DNA of 63,945 bases, the filler included, from Octopus bimaculoides (Eukaryota), in NCBI RefSeq assembly GCF_001194135.2. It is 7 parts of 7 records of this genome, joined end to end, with 100 filler letters (N's around TTAATTAATTAA, not from the genome) between each part and the next. Parts side by side here need not be neighbours in the genome. Positions count along the whole stretch, not along the records: positions 46,575 to 61,793 come from NC_069000.1; positions 61,894 to 63,945 come from NC_068999.1; 5 more parts are not named here. One strand, given 5' to 3'. The notes under the pieces are model-generated. The model was not told the DNA's origin, made no database searches, and saw only the letters and a list, made by a program, of their open reading frames with translations. Positions 61,688 through 63,945 of the stretch are shown here, one piece after another. The translations under genes and the position numbers were made by a program. Position 1 is the stretch's first letter. The number at the start of each line of letters is the position of its first letter.

Positions 61688-61921
61688 GAGAGAGTTAGAG
61701 GGAAGGAGAAGGTGAGAACAATTAAAAGTTAAGAATATATAATTTAGTTGGAAGAGAGATCAGAAGATATTTTTAAAAGCGGCCTCCATCCACNNNNNNN
61801 NNNNNNNNNNNNNNNNNNNNNNNNNNNNNNNNNNNNNTTAATTAATTAANNNNNNNNNNNNNNNNNNNNNNNNNNNNNNNNNNNNNNNNNNNNATATATA
61901 TATATATATATACATGCATAT

Positions 61922-63050
61922 CTCTTTTAATCTTTTACTCCTTTACTCGTTTCAGCCATGCGGCCGTGGTCATGCTGGAGCACCACCATGGTCTTTCTGA
62001 CTTCCTCAGTCTGGTTGTTTCACATCACCACTCCTGTATGTGACTTTGTCCCAGCTGTTGGTATATTTCTTGTATAAGGGAGTTTTGATCCCGCTACCCA
62101 CGTCTGTACCTCATGTTGGGCTGTTGGTTCATCTGGTATTGTGGTGAAGAGGATGTCAAGTTCCTTTTTGAAGGCATCTACTTCCATTTTATGCAAATTT
62201 CTTAATTTTTGTGGCAGGGCATTGAAGATTTGTGGGTCTTGGAACCCTAGACTTTTGCAGTACCTGATCCTGAATTTAGATGGAGTGGATTGTACCTTTG
62301 GTACGACACAATGGCAGCCAGTTCTGGCATTTGTATAACACTCAGTACCGAAGTTAGGTACTAGCCCTTCTAGGATTTCCATATATGTATATTACTGCAC
62401 ATCTCTCACGCCTTCGTTCCAGGGAGTAAATCTGTAGTTTTCTCAGCCTATCTCTGTAGCTCATCCGCTGCACTGTTTCAATCTCTTTAGTGTAGTGACA
62501 TTGGACTTCTTCAATCTCCGCTGTTAGATTGGGACTATGTAGTGATCATAACTGGGAGCAGTAGTCCAGGCAACTGAGAACAAAGGTTCTCAGGGTCAAA
62601 ATAGTTTCTTAGTCTCTTGTCTTGAATGACTTCAGTATCCATCCTGCTAGTTGTCTGCACTTTGCTGCCGTCTTGCTAATGTGCATATAAAATGATGTGT
62701 CATTGCAGATACTGATCTTCAAATCTTTCACCGCCTGTGACTCTAGGGCTGTAGTACCTTCGGGTCTTGTATATGAAGATTGTAATGTATTCGTGAGTTG
62801 ATAGTGCAGTGCTTTAAATATTCCAGCATAAAATTGCATGTTGTCCATTTAGGTCCGCTTGTATATTGAATTTTGATCCGCTGTAAGCCTCTGACATCAT
62901 CTTGGCCATTTATTGCCTGTGATAAATTTGTATCATCGGCATATCAAGTGACAGTGGCTGTCCGAGTGACTGTGGGCATGTCTAAGAGGGCTATTATGAA
63001 CAGTAATGGCCCCAGAACAGTTCTCTGGGGGACACCAGACTCAGAGTTTT
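61922..63050 (-). mobile_element. 5'-truncated CR1/L2-like LINE, RT C-terminal half with native 3' tail
   Basis: SGVPQRTVLGPLLFIIAL...YADDTNL; LDYCSQL; EILEGLVPNFG...PQIFNALPQKLRNLH.MEVDAFKKELD...IPDEP. 3' end GGTGCTCCAGCATGACCACGG...GGCTGAAACGAGTAAAGGAGTAAAAGA. Contains stops and frameshifts. Confidence 0.9.
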
Positions 63051-63908
63051 CATCAAATAATAATAATAATCCTTTCTACTATAGGCAAAATGCCTGGAAT
63101 TTTGCGGGGTGGAGACTAATCGATTACATCGGCCCCAGTGTTTCACTGGTACCTAATAATATAAGGAAATTTTATAAATCCGTACAATTTTCCATCCGCC
63201 ATTTTGGATATAAGTTTACATAGTTTTAAGACCAATTACTTGAGAAGTTTCAAGCTCGTTGATGTTCTTGTTTTTGTTATTGTTGGTAGTCGTGGTTGTA
63301 CTGGTTGTATTACTGTTGATGGTGATGTTGTAGATATATTTACTAAAACATAGCACCTGCTTCTTGTTGTGCAGCAAACCTCATTTTGTAAAGTTTCACA
63401 GCGATCTTTCCGTTAAGGCGTTTCCTAGTTTTGCATTGAAAAGCACACATTTTGGCGGAGACCAGAAAAACAAACAAAAAACAAAAGGAAAACCCAATAA
63501 AAATACAAAAAAATAACAGATCTAAACACACATTGACATAAAAACTGACTACTAACTTATAATAAAGTATAAATCACATACATTCTAAATTTAAACAACG
63601 AAAAAACGAACATATATATACATATTCACATCCAGACCTTTCCACAAAAGCTTAAATTCAAACACACACGTACGATCACCGTACATCACACCCAAGGGAA
63701 ACTCACACAAACACACAGACGCGCACTTAAGGCACATTTATACACACACAGAGACACAATCAAGTATATATATCTGGATACACGTAAAAGGTTCAACGTA
63801 TGGGTATGAATGTATATATCGAGTTACTTAATTATGAATAAACATTTAAAACTGCATTTTATTCAGAAACATGACAGACGCATGTACTGGCATATGTTCG
63901 ATATATAT

Positions 63909-63945
<37 letters not shown>

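Noticed and set aside
63343-63531. Possible upstream Barx exon (MCAFQCKTRKRLNG...)
   Set aside because: No phase-1 donor and no eh1/Barx N-terminal motif; the frame ends in a stop.

Overview
AT-rich, gap-ridden, repeat-dense animal genomic DNA. The SINE families and microsatellite load suggest an octopod cephalopod; this is inference, not a database result. The only well-supported host gene is a Barx-family homeobox gene on the minus strand. Its homeobox exon is 60084-60388 and the next exon, with the PTKPKGRPKKN motif, is 57555-57645. The 5' exon(s) were not found (outside the window or in a gap) and the terminal exon is uncertain. The remaining ~57 kb is a gene-poor flank made of tRNA-derived SINEs, decayed LINEs (CR1/L2-like, RTE, Tx1/L1-like, and R4/Dong embedded in (AAT)n), Penelope-like fragments, three Helitron fragments, a decayed DD37D (maT) Tc1/mariner, several MITEs, mini- and microsatellites. 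The items most worth a second look are: minimal hammerhead-ribozyme motifs, including an inverted pair forming a ~410-bp hairpin; a phase-compatible candidate Barx terminal exon in the wrong order, which also has good splice sites on the opposite strand; (AAT)n-targeting R4/Dong copies, one sitting in a SINE tail; a SINE/LINE shared 3' tail; a zero-loop telomeric-repeat palindrome; and a 262-bp near-perfect palindrome. I found no convincing wholly new protein system. Most ORFs in the track are microsatellite or N-gap artefacts.
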